41,071 nucleotides of DNA from positions 1-41,071 of the IMG/VR virus record IMGVR_UViG_3300048848_000111. The stretch is one strand, 5' to 3'. The notes beneath the pieces are model-generated. The model saw nothing but the letters and a program-made list of their open reading frames with translations. It had not been told where the DNA came from and ran no database searches. The stretch is from a virus (taxonomy: Duplodnaviria; Caudoviricetes). The first letter of the stretch is position 1; every line of letters starts with the position of its first letter. Shown one piece after another: positions 8,792-17,890 of the stretch. The translations under genes and the position numbers were made by a program.

Positions 8792-9557
8792 CGGTGTCCG
8801 GCACCTCGACCTTCAGAGTTCCGGTGCCGCCGTTGGGGTCGAACGTGATCGTCGTCGGCAGGCCCGGCGGGATCGTGAACGTGTTCGCGATGACGATGCC
8901 GCCGATGATGCGGATGCCGTTCTGGTAGGCCCGGCCGTCGCGCATGTGGATGGTGATGGGCGCTTCGGGGACGACGTCGTGCGACATCCGGAACGGCAGG
9001 CCGTTGTAGTAGATGGCGAAGTCGGCGCTGAACGTGCCCGACACAGTGCAGACCGGATCGGCCCAGAAGTTGCCCCGGTGGAAGACGCTCAACTCGCCGG
9101 CGCCGATCGGCCCGAACGGGTTCACGTCGCCGTACTTGCGCGGGTCGGCCGCGAGGAGGGTGATCTGGTAGCGGGCCAGGGTTCCATACACCTTGATCGC
9201 GAACTTCACTCCGTCGTTCGCGAGCCGCACGTTCGCCCACCGGATCGTGCCCTGGTGGTCGACGGTGAGCTTCCCGCTGCGGCCGTCGGCGAGGATGCCG
9301 GCGAGCTGGTTGCGGAACTTCTGCTGCTGCTCCGGTGACGACGAAACGCAATCGCCCGTGATGACGATGACCCGGTTGCCGCGGTGCACTGGCAGGTCGT
9401 AGTCGCCGTGCGCGTTCGCCATCTCGACCGCCTCGCGGCGCACGTCGACCGAGTCATCCCACCCGACCAGCCCGTCTTCGAGGTCGATGAAGAAGCCCTC
9501 GAGCCCTTCACCGCCCTCGAAGACGACGCCTCCGATAGTCGCCCGAGACACTCTCAC
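8784..9557 (-). CDS. Distal tail protein (Dit-like)
   Basis: Directly after the tape measure; GWDDS...R and LLAADPRKYG motifs. Confidence 0.8.
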   Translation of the reverse strand: MRVSRATIGGVVFEGGEGLEGFFIDLEDGLVGWDDSVDVRREAVEMANAHGDYDLPVHRGNRVIVITGDCVSSSPEQQQKFRNQLAGILADGRSGKLTVDHQGTIRWANVRLANDGVKFAIKVYGTLARYQITLLAADPRKYGDVNPFGPIGAGELSVFHRGNFWADPVCTVSGTFSADFAIYYNGLPFRMSHDVVPEAPITIHMRDGRAYQNGIRIIGGIVIANTFTIPPGLPTTITFDPNGGTGTLKVEVPDTDV

Positions 9558-12523
9558 GGTCCACTCACCCGCTCCCGGAACTGCGCCTCCGCATAGAGAG
9601 ACCGCGCGAACGCGACCTCATCCATGCCCGGAGACGGGTGGACATCGAACTGATACGACTTCGACGGGCCAGACGACGACGAGCCAGCGAAGTACGGCGG
9701 CGGCGCCACGTAGCGAGTCGCCTGGTAGGCGTTCGCCGGGATGCCCTGGCCGGAATTGATCGACTTCAGAACCGACCGGAACTGGGTTGCGTACGGCTCC
9801 TGGGTGACCTCCTCGCCGACGGAGAGGTTCATCCGCACCGAGTCCGACTTCGCCGTGCCCGGCCCGTAGACCGTGCCGCCGCCGGCATAGTTCAAGCCAC
9901 CGTCACCGAGGCCGAAGTCGACGTTCGGGTTGGTGGCGTTCACCTGGATCGTGGCGGTGCGGGTGTTGATCGCGGCCACGAACTGGTCGATCGCGTTCGC
10001 TGCAGCCGACGTGTCCGCGAGGATGTCGATCTCGCGCTGTGACGGCAGCGCGAAGACCTTGTCCGCCAGCAGCTGCACCGCGTCGGCCGAGAAGCCGTTC
10101 TGCACGGCCTGGTCGATGAGCGCCTGTTTGCTGTCGGCGAGGGTCTTCACGTACTTGTCGGTGGCGTCCTTCGCCGACATCGTCGTCTGGTCCTGCGTGT
10201 ACTGAGCCTCCGCTGCGTCCTGCGCGCTCTTCGCGACGTCGGACAGCATGGCGGCGTTGGAGGCCCCCGCCGCGGTCGCCTCGTCGAGACTCAGCGAGAA
10301 CCCGTCGAGGGTGCCCTCGAAGCCGACGAGGGTGCCGTTCGCGGCCTCGTAGGCATCCGACTGCGCCTGCACGAACGCATCCTTCTGGCGCTGCACCTCA
10401 GCCGAAATGTTGGCGAGGGACTCCTGCCAGCGAGCGTTCGACGTGACCGCGTCCTGGCCGACACCGTTGGCCTCGTTGATCTTGTCGAGCAGCTTGTCGA
10501 CCTCGTCGGCGAGCGCCGCCGCCTCGTCCGCTGCCGACTTGTAGGCGTCGGCCGCGGACTCGGTCACCGGCGCTCCGGTGCCCTGGGCGAGCTTCAGCAG
10601 CTCGGTGTAGCGGGCTGCCTCGTCGAGGTTCGCGATGTTGATGCCCTGCGCCTCAGCCACCCCGTAGAGCGCATCCTTGTAGGGCGACATGTTGTCGAGC
10701 AGCGCGCGCAGCGACTCGTCGGAACCGTCGGTTTGAGCAGCTACCGCCCGGAACGCGGCCTGAGCTTTGGGTAGGTCTTCGTCCGCGAGGGAGCCCAGGC
10801 CGCGGCCGAGCTCCTCGATTCCGCCGATCACGGCACGGTCGTTCAGCGTGAGCGAGAAGCCGGCGAAGAAGTTCTTCTGCGCGTCCGATGAGCGGTGCAG
10901 GACATCGTCGAGGTTCTCGAGCGACTCGCCGAGATCGGTAACGCCCGGCACGCCCTGGCCGCGCATGACGGTGTCGAGGATCTTCGTGCCGTCGCTCGTC
11001 GTAGTGAGCGAGTTCTTGACCTCATTGCTCGTGGCGCGGAGCGTTTCGAGCTGGTCGGAGAGGATCTTCACGCCGACCGCCGCGGCCACGAGCGCGATGC
11101 CCCACGGGCCAGTCAGGAACCGGGCCGTCGCCGCGATGCCGGTGGCCGCCTTGGCGGTGGCCGACTGCATGGTGTAGACGGCCGTCGCCACTCCGGGCAT
11201 AGTCGAGGTCGACAGCACCTGCAGTGCGACGCGGTACTCGGCGATCTTCGGCACGGCCAGCAGGAAGGCCCCGCCGCCGACACCGATGATGGCGGTCACC
11301 CCGACCAGTCCACCGATGACGGCCTGAGCGATCGGGGGCAGGTCGCCGAAGGCGTCCGCGATGGCGCCGACGGCATCAGCTCCACGCTGCACGGCAGGGA
11401 GGAACTGGTCGCCGAACGCGATCGCCGCGTCCGTGACGCGGTTGCTCATCACCTGCAGCTTCGACGCGGTCGTGTCGTACCGCTTCGCGGCCTCTGCGGC
11501 GAGCGCCGTGTTCTCGTCCCAGGCCTTCGAGCCGAGGGCGAGCGAGTTGCGGAGCAGGTCGCCCGAGTTCGCCATTCCGAGCAGCGCCTGCGAGACGCGG
11601 ATGTCGGTCTGGCCGAGGTCGGAGAGGGTCTTGAAGACGTCCCCTCCGGCGGCGTTGATGCCGCCGAGGCCTTCGATGAAGGACACGATCGCTTCGGCCG
11701 GTGCCGACTTGAACTTCGTGGCGAAGTCCTCCGCCGAGACTCCTGCCACGTCGGCGAACTTCTGCAGCTCGTCGCCGCCGTCTGAGACGGCCATAGCGAT
11801 GTCTGTCATGACGCGGGAGATCGAGGAGCCGCCGGCCTCGGCGTCGATACCGACGGAGGCGAGGGCGTTCGCGAAGGCGAGCACGTCGGCTTCGCTGAGA
11901 CCGACTACCTTGCCGGCGCCGGCGATGCGCTGCGCCATCTGGACGATGTCACGCTCGGTCGAGGCTCCGTTGTTGCCGAGCGCCACCAGCGACGCGCCGA
12001 GGTTGTCGACGTCGTCGGGCGCGGTCTGCATGATGTTCATCAGCTGAGCGATCGAGGTTGAGGCCTCATCTGCTGAGAGGTTCGTGGTCTCCGAGAGGTC
12101 GACCATCGTCCGGGTGAAGGCAAGCAGGCCGGAGCGCTGCACGCCGAGCTGCCCGGCGGCCTCGGCGATGCCGGCGAGTTCGGTGTGGGTGGCCGGCAGC
12201 TCGCGCGCCATGCTGCGGAGGCCGTCTTCGATCTCCTGCAGCTGAGCCGGGGTGCCGCTGACGGTCTTCGTGACGCCCGCCCAGGCGGTCTCCCAGTCGA
12301 TCGCGGCCTTCACCACGAGAGCGGTCGCCGCGGCGGCCAGAGCCCCGGTGGCGGTGAAGGTGGCGCCGACCCGGTTCATGGCCTGGTTCTGCTCTTCGAG
12401 CTTTACCCGGGCCGCGGCAGCCGCGCGCGTGACCTGCTCCGTCGCGCCGGCGGCCGAACGCATGCGTGCGTTGAACTCGAGCACCTGCGCGACGAGAGAG
12501 ACCTCTGTTACCCGCTCGGTCAT
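9554..12523 (-). CDS. Tape measure protein (TP901-family core)
   Basis: 989 aa, Ala-rich; WETAWAGVTKTV, LGNNGASTERDI and AEAGGSSISR motifs; central hydrophobic stretch. Confidence 0.95.
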   Translation of the reverse strand: MTERVTEVSLVAQVLEFNARMRSAAGATEQVTRAAAAARVKLEEQNQAMNRVGATFTATGALAAAATALVVKAAIDWETAWAGVTKTVSGTPAQLQEIEDGLRSMARELPATHTELAGIAEAAGQLGVQRSGLLAFTRTMVDLSETTNLSADEASTSIAQLMNIMQTAPDDVDNLGASLVALGNNGASTERDIVQMAQRIAGAGKVVGLSEADVLAFANALASVGIDAEAGGSSISRVMTDIAMAVSDGGDELQKFADVAGVSAEDFATKFKSAPAEAIVSFIEGLGGINAAGGDVFKTLSDLGQTDIRVSQALLGMANSGDLLRNSLALGSKAWDENTALAAEAAKRYDTTASKLQVMSNRVTDAAIAFGDQFLPAVQRGADAVGAIADAFGDLPPIAQAVIGGLVGVTAIIGVGGGAFLLAVPKIAEYRVALQVLSTSTMPGVATAVYTMQSATAKAATGIAATARFLTGPWGIALVAAAVGVKILSDQLETLRATSNEVKNSLTTTSDGTKILDTVMRGQGVPGVTDLGESLENLDDVLHRSSDAQKNFFAGFSLTLNDRAVIGGIEELGRGLGSLADEDLPKAQAAFRAVAAQTDGSDESLRALLDNMSPYKDALYGVAEAQGINIANLDEAARYTELLKLAQGTGAPVTESAADAYKSAADEAAALADEVDKLLDKINEANGVGQDAVTSNARWQESLANISAEVQRQKDAFVQAQSDAYEAANGTLVGFEGTLDGFSLSLDEATAAGASNAAMLSDVAKSAQDAAEAQYTQDQTTMSAKDATDKYVKTLADSKQALIDQAVQNGFSADAVQLLADKVFALPSQREIDILADTSAAANAIDQFVAAINTRTATIQVNATNPNVDFGLGDGGLNYAGGGTVYGPGTAKSDSVRMNLSVGEEVTQEPYATQFRSVLKSINSGQGIPANAYQATRYVAPPPYFAGSSSSGPSKSYQFDVHPSPGMDEVAFARSLYAEAQFRERVSGP

Positions 12524-12550
12524 TTAGGAACCTCCCGAGTAGGTGTCGTG

Positions 12551-12627
12551 CAGCGCCGGTACGGCGAGACGCGTTCGGAGTACTCGCGCGACGCGTCGCG
12601 CCCGCCGGTCAGCACGACGCGTGCTCC
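12551..12627. repeat. ACGCGT palindrome array, copy B (intergenic)
   Basis: ACGCGT at 12569, 12591 and 12617, with AGTACT at 12579 and GCCGG between the cores; aligns with 30679-30749. Confidence 0.75.
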
Positions 12628-12643
12628 TGGATGGCGCTACGGC

Positions 12644-13449
12644 TCAGTCGTCGAGGGTGGTGACGTACCGCCAGCCGGACTGGTCCTGGTGGTCGTAGTC
12701 CTCGCGGAACCGCTTCTGGGTGCGCTCCTGGTCGGCGGCGACGTGGTCGACGACGAGTTCCGTGCGCAGCCTCGGCACTATGGCCGGGTCGGTGGCGAGG
12801 TCCATGTCGATGCCGTGCGGGCCGAGGTTCTGCTCGAGCTGCGTGGACGCGAGCAGGTAGGCCACCTGCTGTGCGTCCCACTCCGGTTCGGTCTCCGTGA
12901 TGGAGTAGCCGGTCAGGTTGCCTTCCGCGTCGAAGTAGCGCGTCGTGCGGCTCGGTTCCCACCCGCCGAGGCGGCGGAGGGAGACGCCGATTTCGCGGGC
13001 GAGGCGCGCTTCGCCGCCAAAGCGACGGCCAAGGCTTTTTTTGCGTCAGCCACCCGCTTATCCGGCGCGTACTGGTTCAGGTTCAGCACGGCGTCGGTGA
13101 TCTTGTTCCGCTCGGAACCGGCGATGACCGCGAACAGGTCATCCCACTCGTCGATCTCGCCCGGCACCACGCGGGGCTTGATCTCCTCGCCGTCCTCGAC
13201 CACGACAGCGTTGTTCTTCGCGGCAAGCACGGCGACGTTACGGATGTTGTAGCCGTAGTGCCGATCCATCTCCGACTGCAGGTCGGGCGGGCACGCGGCG
13301 GTGATGTTAGCCCAGTCCTCCGCCAGCAGCTCGTAGAACTTCAGGGTGACCAGGACGCCGTCGAGAACGACCTCGACCGTGACGGAGTCGGGCGGGGTGG
13401 CGGCCTTCTGGGCTTTGCGGGCCGCGAGGGCCTCGCTGAATGCTGACAT
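12644..13449 (-). CDS. Tail assembly chaperone, long GT form produced by a -1 frameshift
   Basis: A -1 shift at GCA AAA AAA G gives an open frame KKSLGRRFGGEARLAREIGVSLRRLGGWEP...TTLDD* that joins ORF 12644-12865. Confidence 0.85.
12913..13449 (-). CDS. Tail assembly chaperone, short G form
   Basis: Between the major tail and tape measure genes. Confidence 0.85.
   Translation of the reverse strand: MSAFSEALAARKAQKAATPPDSVTVEVVLDGVLVTLKFYELLAEDWANITAACPPDLQSEMDRHYGYNIRNVAVLAAKNNAVVVEDGEEIKPRVVPGEIDEWDDLFAVIAGSERNKITDAVLNLNQYAPDKRVADAKKALAVALAAKRASPAKSASPSAASAGGNRAARRATSTRKAT
13035..13042 (-). promoter_or_regulatory. Programmed -1 frameshift slippery site AAAAAAAG
   Basis: A7G run in an otherwise GC-rich CDS, at the canonical chaperone position. 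Confidence 0.85.
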
Positions 13450-13454
13450 GATGT

Positions 13455-13528
13455 GCGCTCCACGGATGCGCCCTCGGATGGTGGCCTGCCGGGGCGCTCC
13501 GTGGGCGCGGTTGATACGCCCCGGCAGG
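13455..13528 (-). promoter_or_regulatory. Structured intercistronic element between the major tail and chaperone genes
   Basis: 12-bp perfect stem (13485-13496 / 13517-13528); its loop is complementary to two tandem downstream repeats. Confidence 0.6.
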
Positions 13529-13541
13529 GGTTGAGGTGGGA

Positions 13542-14054
13542 CTACGCGCCGGCCTGCACGAGCAGGTCGCGGTACACAGTCCCGGTGACGTTCAGCACCT
13601 GGGTGCGCGTCAGCTCCTGGTTCCGAACCGGCGCATCCTTCAGCGGGATCGACGCCCGGATCGGGATGATGTCGTGGAACTGGCCCTCGGCGATGTCCAC
13701 CGAGTTCGCGATCGCCCAGCGCTCGACGATGAAGCCGGTCTGGCCCACGGGCAGCGCGAGACGGATGACATCGCCAGTCGTGTTCGTGTAGGCGTAGGTG
13801 ATCGCCACGTCGTCGACGATCGTGCCGTCGTACTGGATCTCCTGCGGCAGCGTGAAGCGGTTCGCGCGCACCTTGTTGATGGTGACGGTGTGCTTGTAGC
13901 CGTCACCGGTCGCCGAGTAGGTGAGCCGCTTCACACCCACGGCGGTGAGTTCGTCTTCGGTGGCGCCCAGCGAGGGGTTCGCGATCGCGGGGACGAACAG
14001 GATGAGGGCCTGACCGTCGGACGGCAGCCCCAGGGGCACATTCTCAGCTGACAT
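13542..14054 (-). CDS. Major tail (tube) protein
   Basis: Synteny; 170 aa; VPAIANP...EL motif of actinophage tail tubes. Confidence 0.85.
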   Translation of the reverse strand: MSAENVPLGLPSDGQALILFVPAIANPSLGATEDELTAVGVKRLTYSATGDGYKHTVTINKVRANRFTLPQEIQYDGTIVDDVAITYAYTNTTGDVIRLALPVGQTGFIVERWAIANSVDIAEGQFHDIIPIRASIPLKDAPVRNQELTRTQVLNVTGTVYRDLLVQAGA

Positions 14055-14314
14055 CAGCCTTCTCCTTCAGTTGTCTCGCCCACGGATGCTTCGGGGGTCG
14101 GCGGCTTGGCCGCCGGTCGCGCCGTCCGTTTCCGCGGTGGCTTCGGAGCCTTCGCGGGAGGGGTCGACGTGACGTACTTGGGCTCGCGCGGTGCAGGAAC
14201 GGGCTTGTCGTCGATCACGACGTACAGGTCGGGGTTCTGCTGCACCTCGGCGAGCGGGGTGTCGTACTCGTGCTGCACGCCTCTGACGGGGCGCACGCGG
14301 ATGAATTCGGGCAT
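14054..14314 (-). CDS. Small hypothetical virion-region protein
   Basis: AGGAGG RBS; TGATG coupling to the major tail gene. Confidence 0.7.
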   Translation of the reverse strand: MPEFIRVRPVRGVQHEYDTPLAEVQQNPDLYVVIDDKPVPAPREPKYVTSTPPAKAPKPPRKRTARPAAKPPTPEASVGETTEGEG

Positions 14315-14365
14315 GACGAGGAACCCTCCTAAGGGCGTTGACGGGGCTGTGAGGCGTTGGGCTGG

Positions 14366-14785
14366 TCAGCCGCGCCGGGAGGTCAAGGAGATCGTGACGT
14401 CGCTCTGGTAGAGCGGTGGGCGGGCGGAGAAGTCCGGTTGCACCTCGGTCATCTCCACGTAGCGGATGGGGTCGATGCGCCGGCCTTCCACGTCGGGCAC
14501 TTTGCGCACGAGCGCGGCGAGGATGTGGTCGGCGACGTACGCGCAGCCGAGAGCTGTGACGGAGACGGCCTTCAGCGTGTAGGTGAAGTCGGCGTCGGAG
14601 TCGAGCGCCTGCTCGGCGGTGAAGCGGTCGTCGTCGAGGTCGTCGGGGCCGGTCGGGTAGAGGATCGCGTACTGCGCGCGCAGCAGCTCGCCGTTGTCGT
14701 CGAGCTGCGCGGCGTCTTCGACTCGCAGGGCATCGTCTGCCTCGAGGAGTGCGAGCACAGCGAGGTAGTGGTCGCTGACGAGCAT
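14366..14785 (-). CDS. Tail terminator
   Basis: Start MLVSDHY coupled by TGATG; synteny. Confidence 0.7.
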   Translation of the reverse strand: MLVSDHYLAVLALLEADDALRVEDAAQLDDNGELLRAQYAILYPTGPDDLDDDRFTAEQALDSDADFTYTLKAVSVTALGCAYVADHILAALVRKVPDVEGRRIDPIRYVEMTEVQPDFSARPPLYQSDVTISLTSRRG

Positions 14786-15231
14786 CAGAGGCCCCTCCGC
14801 TTCATGGATTGGTCGACGGCGATCGTGAGACGGCGATCGAGTTCCTTCTCGACGAACTCGTACGCGACCTTGACTGAGTTGCGGCCACCGCCGCGCACGC
14901 CCGGTGAGTCTTCGAGGATGCCGAGGGAGGGGATCAGGCCGCCGCGCCCCTGCTTGCCGCCGTAGCGCTGCAGGTTCGGGCCGATCCGGGCCTCGTAGAC
15001 CATCTGGCCGAAGCCGCCGTAGGTGCGCAGCGAGTAGTCGATCGAGGGGGCGTAGCGGCTGGTGCGCTTCCCGGCTTTGGAGCGGGCGTCGGCCTGCCAG
15101 GTCTTCCGACCTTCGATGGCGGTCTGCTGCACGCTCTTGCCGACCTCGGCCGGCACCAGTTCGGCGACCTCGGTGAGGTCGCGGAACAGCTGCTCGAGCT
15201 GGCTGGTGTCGACGCCGATGTGGTCGGCCAT
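14785..15231 (-). CDS. Tail completion / neck protein (HK97 gp10-like position)
   Basis: Synteny and coupled start and stop. Confidence 0.7.
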   Translation of the reverse strand: MADHIGVDTSQLEQLFRDLTEVAELVPAEVGKSVQQTAIEGRKTWQADARSKAGKRTSRYAPSIDYSLRTYGGFGQMVYEARIGPNLQRYGGKQGRGGLIPSLGILEDSPGVRGGGRNSVKVAYEFVEKELDRRLTIAVDQSMKRRGL

Positions 15232-15632
15232 CAGACCGACACCACCGCGAACCGGGATGCGGTCGCCTGCGAGCCGGCGGCCTCGCCGGCGATGCGGAAC
15301 CGGCGGCCCACCAGGGCCGGGTCACCACTCTCGGGGTCGACGGCGGTGATGGTGACGATCGAGTTCGGCCGCACGGCACCCGCTGAGCCAACCGGGATGG
15401 AAAGAATGAGGGCCTGGTCGGAGAAGCTCTGCCCGGCCGCCTCTCGGTCGGAGACGGCGTCGGAGACGGAGCGGAGTCGGCACTTGCCGGTGTACTGCGC
15501 GGCGCCGGTCGTGGTGGTCTGCAGCGTGACCTTGTCGACGGTGACCTTCTCCGGCGCGATGGTGCAGCTGTCGAGCATGCGCGCTTCGGCGAGCGCCCTG
15601 CCACGCCGGGTGATGCCGCCTAGGAGGCTCAT
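15231..15632 (-). CDS. Head-to-tail stopper
   Basis: GRALAEARMLDSCTI...YTGKCR motif; synteny. Confidence 0.75.
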   Translation of the reverse strand: MSLLGGITRRGRALAEARMLDSCTIAPEKVTVDKVTLQTTTTGAAQYTGKCRLRSVSDAVSDREAAGQSFSDQALILSIPVGSAGAVRPNSIVTITAVDPESGDPALVGRRFRIAGEAAGSQATASRFAVVSV

Positions 15633-16192
15633 CCGCGGGTCTCCACGACGGTGACGCCGCCCTGGCCGAACTGCTGCTGGATGGCTTTTTCGGCGTGCTC
15701 GGTGAGGCTCATGCCGGAGCCGTCACCGGCGTTGGCCCAGGCGAGGCGGAAGTCGTCGAGCTGGACGGAGGAGAGGCCACCGGCGGTGAGGCCGAGTTGC
15801 GCCTCGAGGGTGAGGAGGGTCTGGGAGACGAGCACGCAGGCGAGGCGCTTGAGTTCGTCGGGTGCTTCGTCGTAGCCCCAGGTGAACGTCACGTCGCAGG
15901 GCTCGTCGCCGCGAACGGTGATGTAGCCGGGGCGGTAGGTGAATGGCACGTCGTGGCCGTCCCGCTTCACGGCGGTGACGGTCACGATGGGCCACTGGGG
16001 CAGGTCTTCCCGCCCACCGCTCGGGTACGCGGTGTACTCCGATGTGGTGCGCGGGAAGACCAGCTGCCCGATGACAGAGCGCAGGTGCGCCGACGCCGCG
16101 GCGAGGAGTTCGTCGATCCACTCGGATTCCTCCGTGGTGAACTCTCGCTTGATGAGCTTGCCGAACTCCTCGGCCGTGGCGAAGGCTTGCAT
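15629..16192 (-). CDS. Head-to-tail adaptor
   Basis: FAT.EE start and TWGYDEAPDEL motif; directly after the capsid gene. Confidence 0.8.
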   Translation of the reverse strand: MQAFATAEEFGKLIKREFTTEESEWIDELLAAASAHLRSVIGQLVFPRTTSEYTAYPSGGREDLPQWPIVTVTAVKRDGHDVPFTYRPGYITVRGDEPCDVTFTWGYDEAPDELKRLACVLVSQTLLTLEAQLGLTAGGLSSVQLDDFRLAWANAGDGSGMSLTEHAEKAIQQQFGQGGVTVVETRG

Positions 16193-16202
16193 CTGCTACT
16201 CC

Positions 16203-17126
16203 TTACGGGGCGGTGGTGACGACGGTGTCGACACCGGTTCCGGGCACGTACTCGACGTTGGCCGTGGCGAGGCCTTCCGGGTGGGTGATCTTCGCGCCGT
16301 AGATGTTCAGTCCGCGGACGATGTCGGCGAACCGGCTCTGCGAGCGCATCGCCTCGACCTCGACGAGCTGGTTCGCGAACGACAGGGCGTCCGGGATGCC
16401 GGCCACGACGAGGCTGCGGCTGGCAGCCTTGACCGTGTTGTTCGACAGCAGCACGTCGAAGCCTGCGGCGCGGGTCACGAGACCGTTGCGCAGGGTTTCC
16501 GACGAGCCCGAGGCGTCCACCGCGGAGAAGCGAGGGTCGTGCTCGAGGGCCGACAGGAAGTCGGGGTCGACGATGGCGTATCGGCCATCGGTCGGCACCG
16601 AGTTCTTGTTGAGGCGGTTCTGCAGGTCGACGAGGACGCTCCACGCGGACGTCTGGCCGGCGCCGGGCTTGCCGGTGCCGGTGCCGTTGACCACGGACAC
16701 GTTGCCGAGCCGGTTGGCGGTGATCGGGCCGCCCGCGTTCGCCGCGAGGTTGAACAGCGACGCGATGTACTGGTCGACCTTGTCCTTGAGGCCGAATCCG
16801 GCGCGCTGGGTGGCGGGCGACTGGAAGTCGCCTGCAGCCTGCACACGGTCGACGTCGTTGACGCGGAACGCGAAGTACTCGCCCTGGTCTATGAGCAGCT
16901 TGAGCTGTCCGTCGGTCAGGTCTTCGATCGTGATGTCGGCGTTCTTGTCGTAGGTGCGGATCGTGGGGTCGGAGATGGTCGTGATGTTGACCGTGTCGCC
17001 CTGTTCCTTGATCACGCCCTCGTACTTGGTGTTCGCGACGGTCGACTGACCGAAGACGAGCGCCTTCTCGAACGGCAGCTGAACTGCGGCTGCCCACAGT
17101 TCCGGGATGAAGTTGGTGATAGCCAT
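16203..17126 (-). CDS. Major capsid protein
   Basis: MAITNFIPELWAA, YEG.I...GDTVNI and FADIVRGLNIYGAK motifs. Confidence 0.93.
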   Translation of the reverse strand: MAITNFIPELWAAAVQLPFEKALVFGQSTVANTKYEGVIKEQGDTVNITTISDPTIRTYDKNADITIEDLTDGQLKLLIDQGEYFAFRVNDVDRVQAAGDFQSPATQRAGFGLKDKVDQYIASLFNLAANAGGPITANRLGNVSVVNGTGTGKPGAGQTSAWSVLVDLQNRLNKNSVPTDGRYAIVDPDFLSALEHDPRFSAVDASGSSETLRNGLVTRAAGFDVLLSNNTVKAASRSLVVAGIPDALSFANQLVEVEAMRSQSRFADIVRGLNIYGAKITHPEGLATANVEYVPGTGVDTVVTTAP

Positions 17127-17138
17127 TTCTGGCCCTCC

Positions 17139-17792
17139 TTAGGGTTTGCGCCCGATGAGGGTGTCCACGCGGCCGTCGTTGTAGGCCTGCAGCACCTGGC
17201 TCGGACTGAGCTTCTTGAGTTCGGCTTGGGTGAGCTGCGAAGGCTTCGCGGCTTTCCCCCGGGCGCCCTGATCGGCGGGTCCGGTGAACTTGCTGCCATC
17301 GACCGCCAGCTCGGGATACTCGGTGAGGAAGGCCGTCACGGCTTCCTGCAGGGCATCGGAGTCGGGGTCGCCGTTGTCGTCCACGTCGATCGCGGACAGG
17401 TCGGTGACCTTCAGCAGGAGGTCGGGGCGCTTGACTTTGCCGGCCGCTGCGGCTTTCAGCTCGGCACGGACGATGCGGACGTTCGCTTTCGCGAGCGCGC
17501 TGGTCTCGGCGTCACGCCGGGCCTGCTCGAGGGCGAGTTCGTCTGCGGGCTTGTCCTTGTCGGCGAGTTTCTGCTCGGCCTCGGCGAGCTTTCGCTCGGC
17601 GTCCTTGCGGGCTTTCCGTTCGGCGATGAGCGCGGTCTTCGCGCCCTTATCCGGGTCGTCGGCCGCGGGGGCCGCCGGGTCCGGGTCGGCGTCGGGGTCG
17701 GCGCCGGGCGCCGGGTCTGCTGCTGGGTCGACGTTGGGCTCGGGCTCCGCGGTGGGGTCCGTGTTCACGTCGGGTTCGATGGGATCGGGCAT
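17139..17792 (-). CDS. Capsid scaffolding protein
   Basis: Acidic Pro-rich N-terminus, coiled coil ALIAERKARK, ADQGARG near the C-terminus; precedes the capsid gene. Confidence 0.85.
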   Translation of the reverse strand: MPDPIEPDVNTDPTAEPEPNVDPAADPAPGADPDADPDPAAPAADDPDKGAKTALIAERKARKDAERKLAEAEQKLADKDKPADELALEQARRDAETSALAKANVRIVRAELKAAAAGKVKRPDLLLKVTDLSAIDVDDNGDPDSDALQEAVTAFLTEYPELAVDGSKFTGPADQGARGKAAKPSQLTQAELKKLSPSQVLQAYNDGRVDTLIGRKP

Positions 17793-17826
17793 GGAAGGAA
17801 TCACTCCTCGTTGATGGGATGGGAAA

Positions 17827-17886
17827 GGCCCCGTCACGGGGCCGCGGCACCCCATGAGGGGTGTGTTCCTCGCGTCACGCGGGGAA
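17827..17886 (-). promoter_or_regulatory. Three tandem small hairpins upstream of the scaffold gene
   Basis: ggccccg-tca-cggggcc, cacccc-atga-ggggtg and ttcctcgcg-tca-cgcggggaa. Confidence 0.6.
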
Positions 17887-17890
17887 GTTG

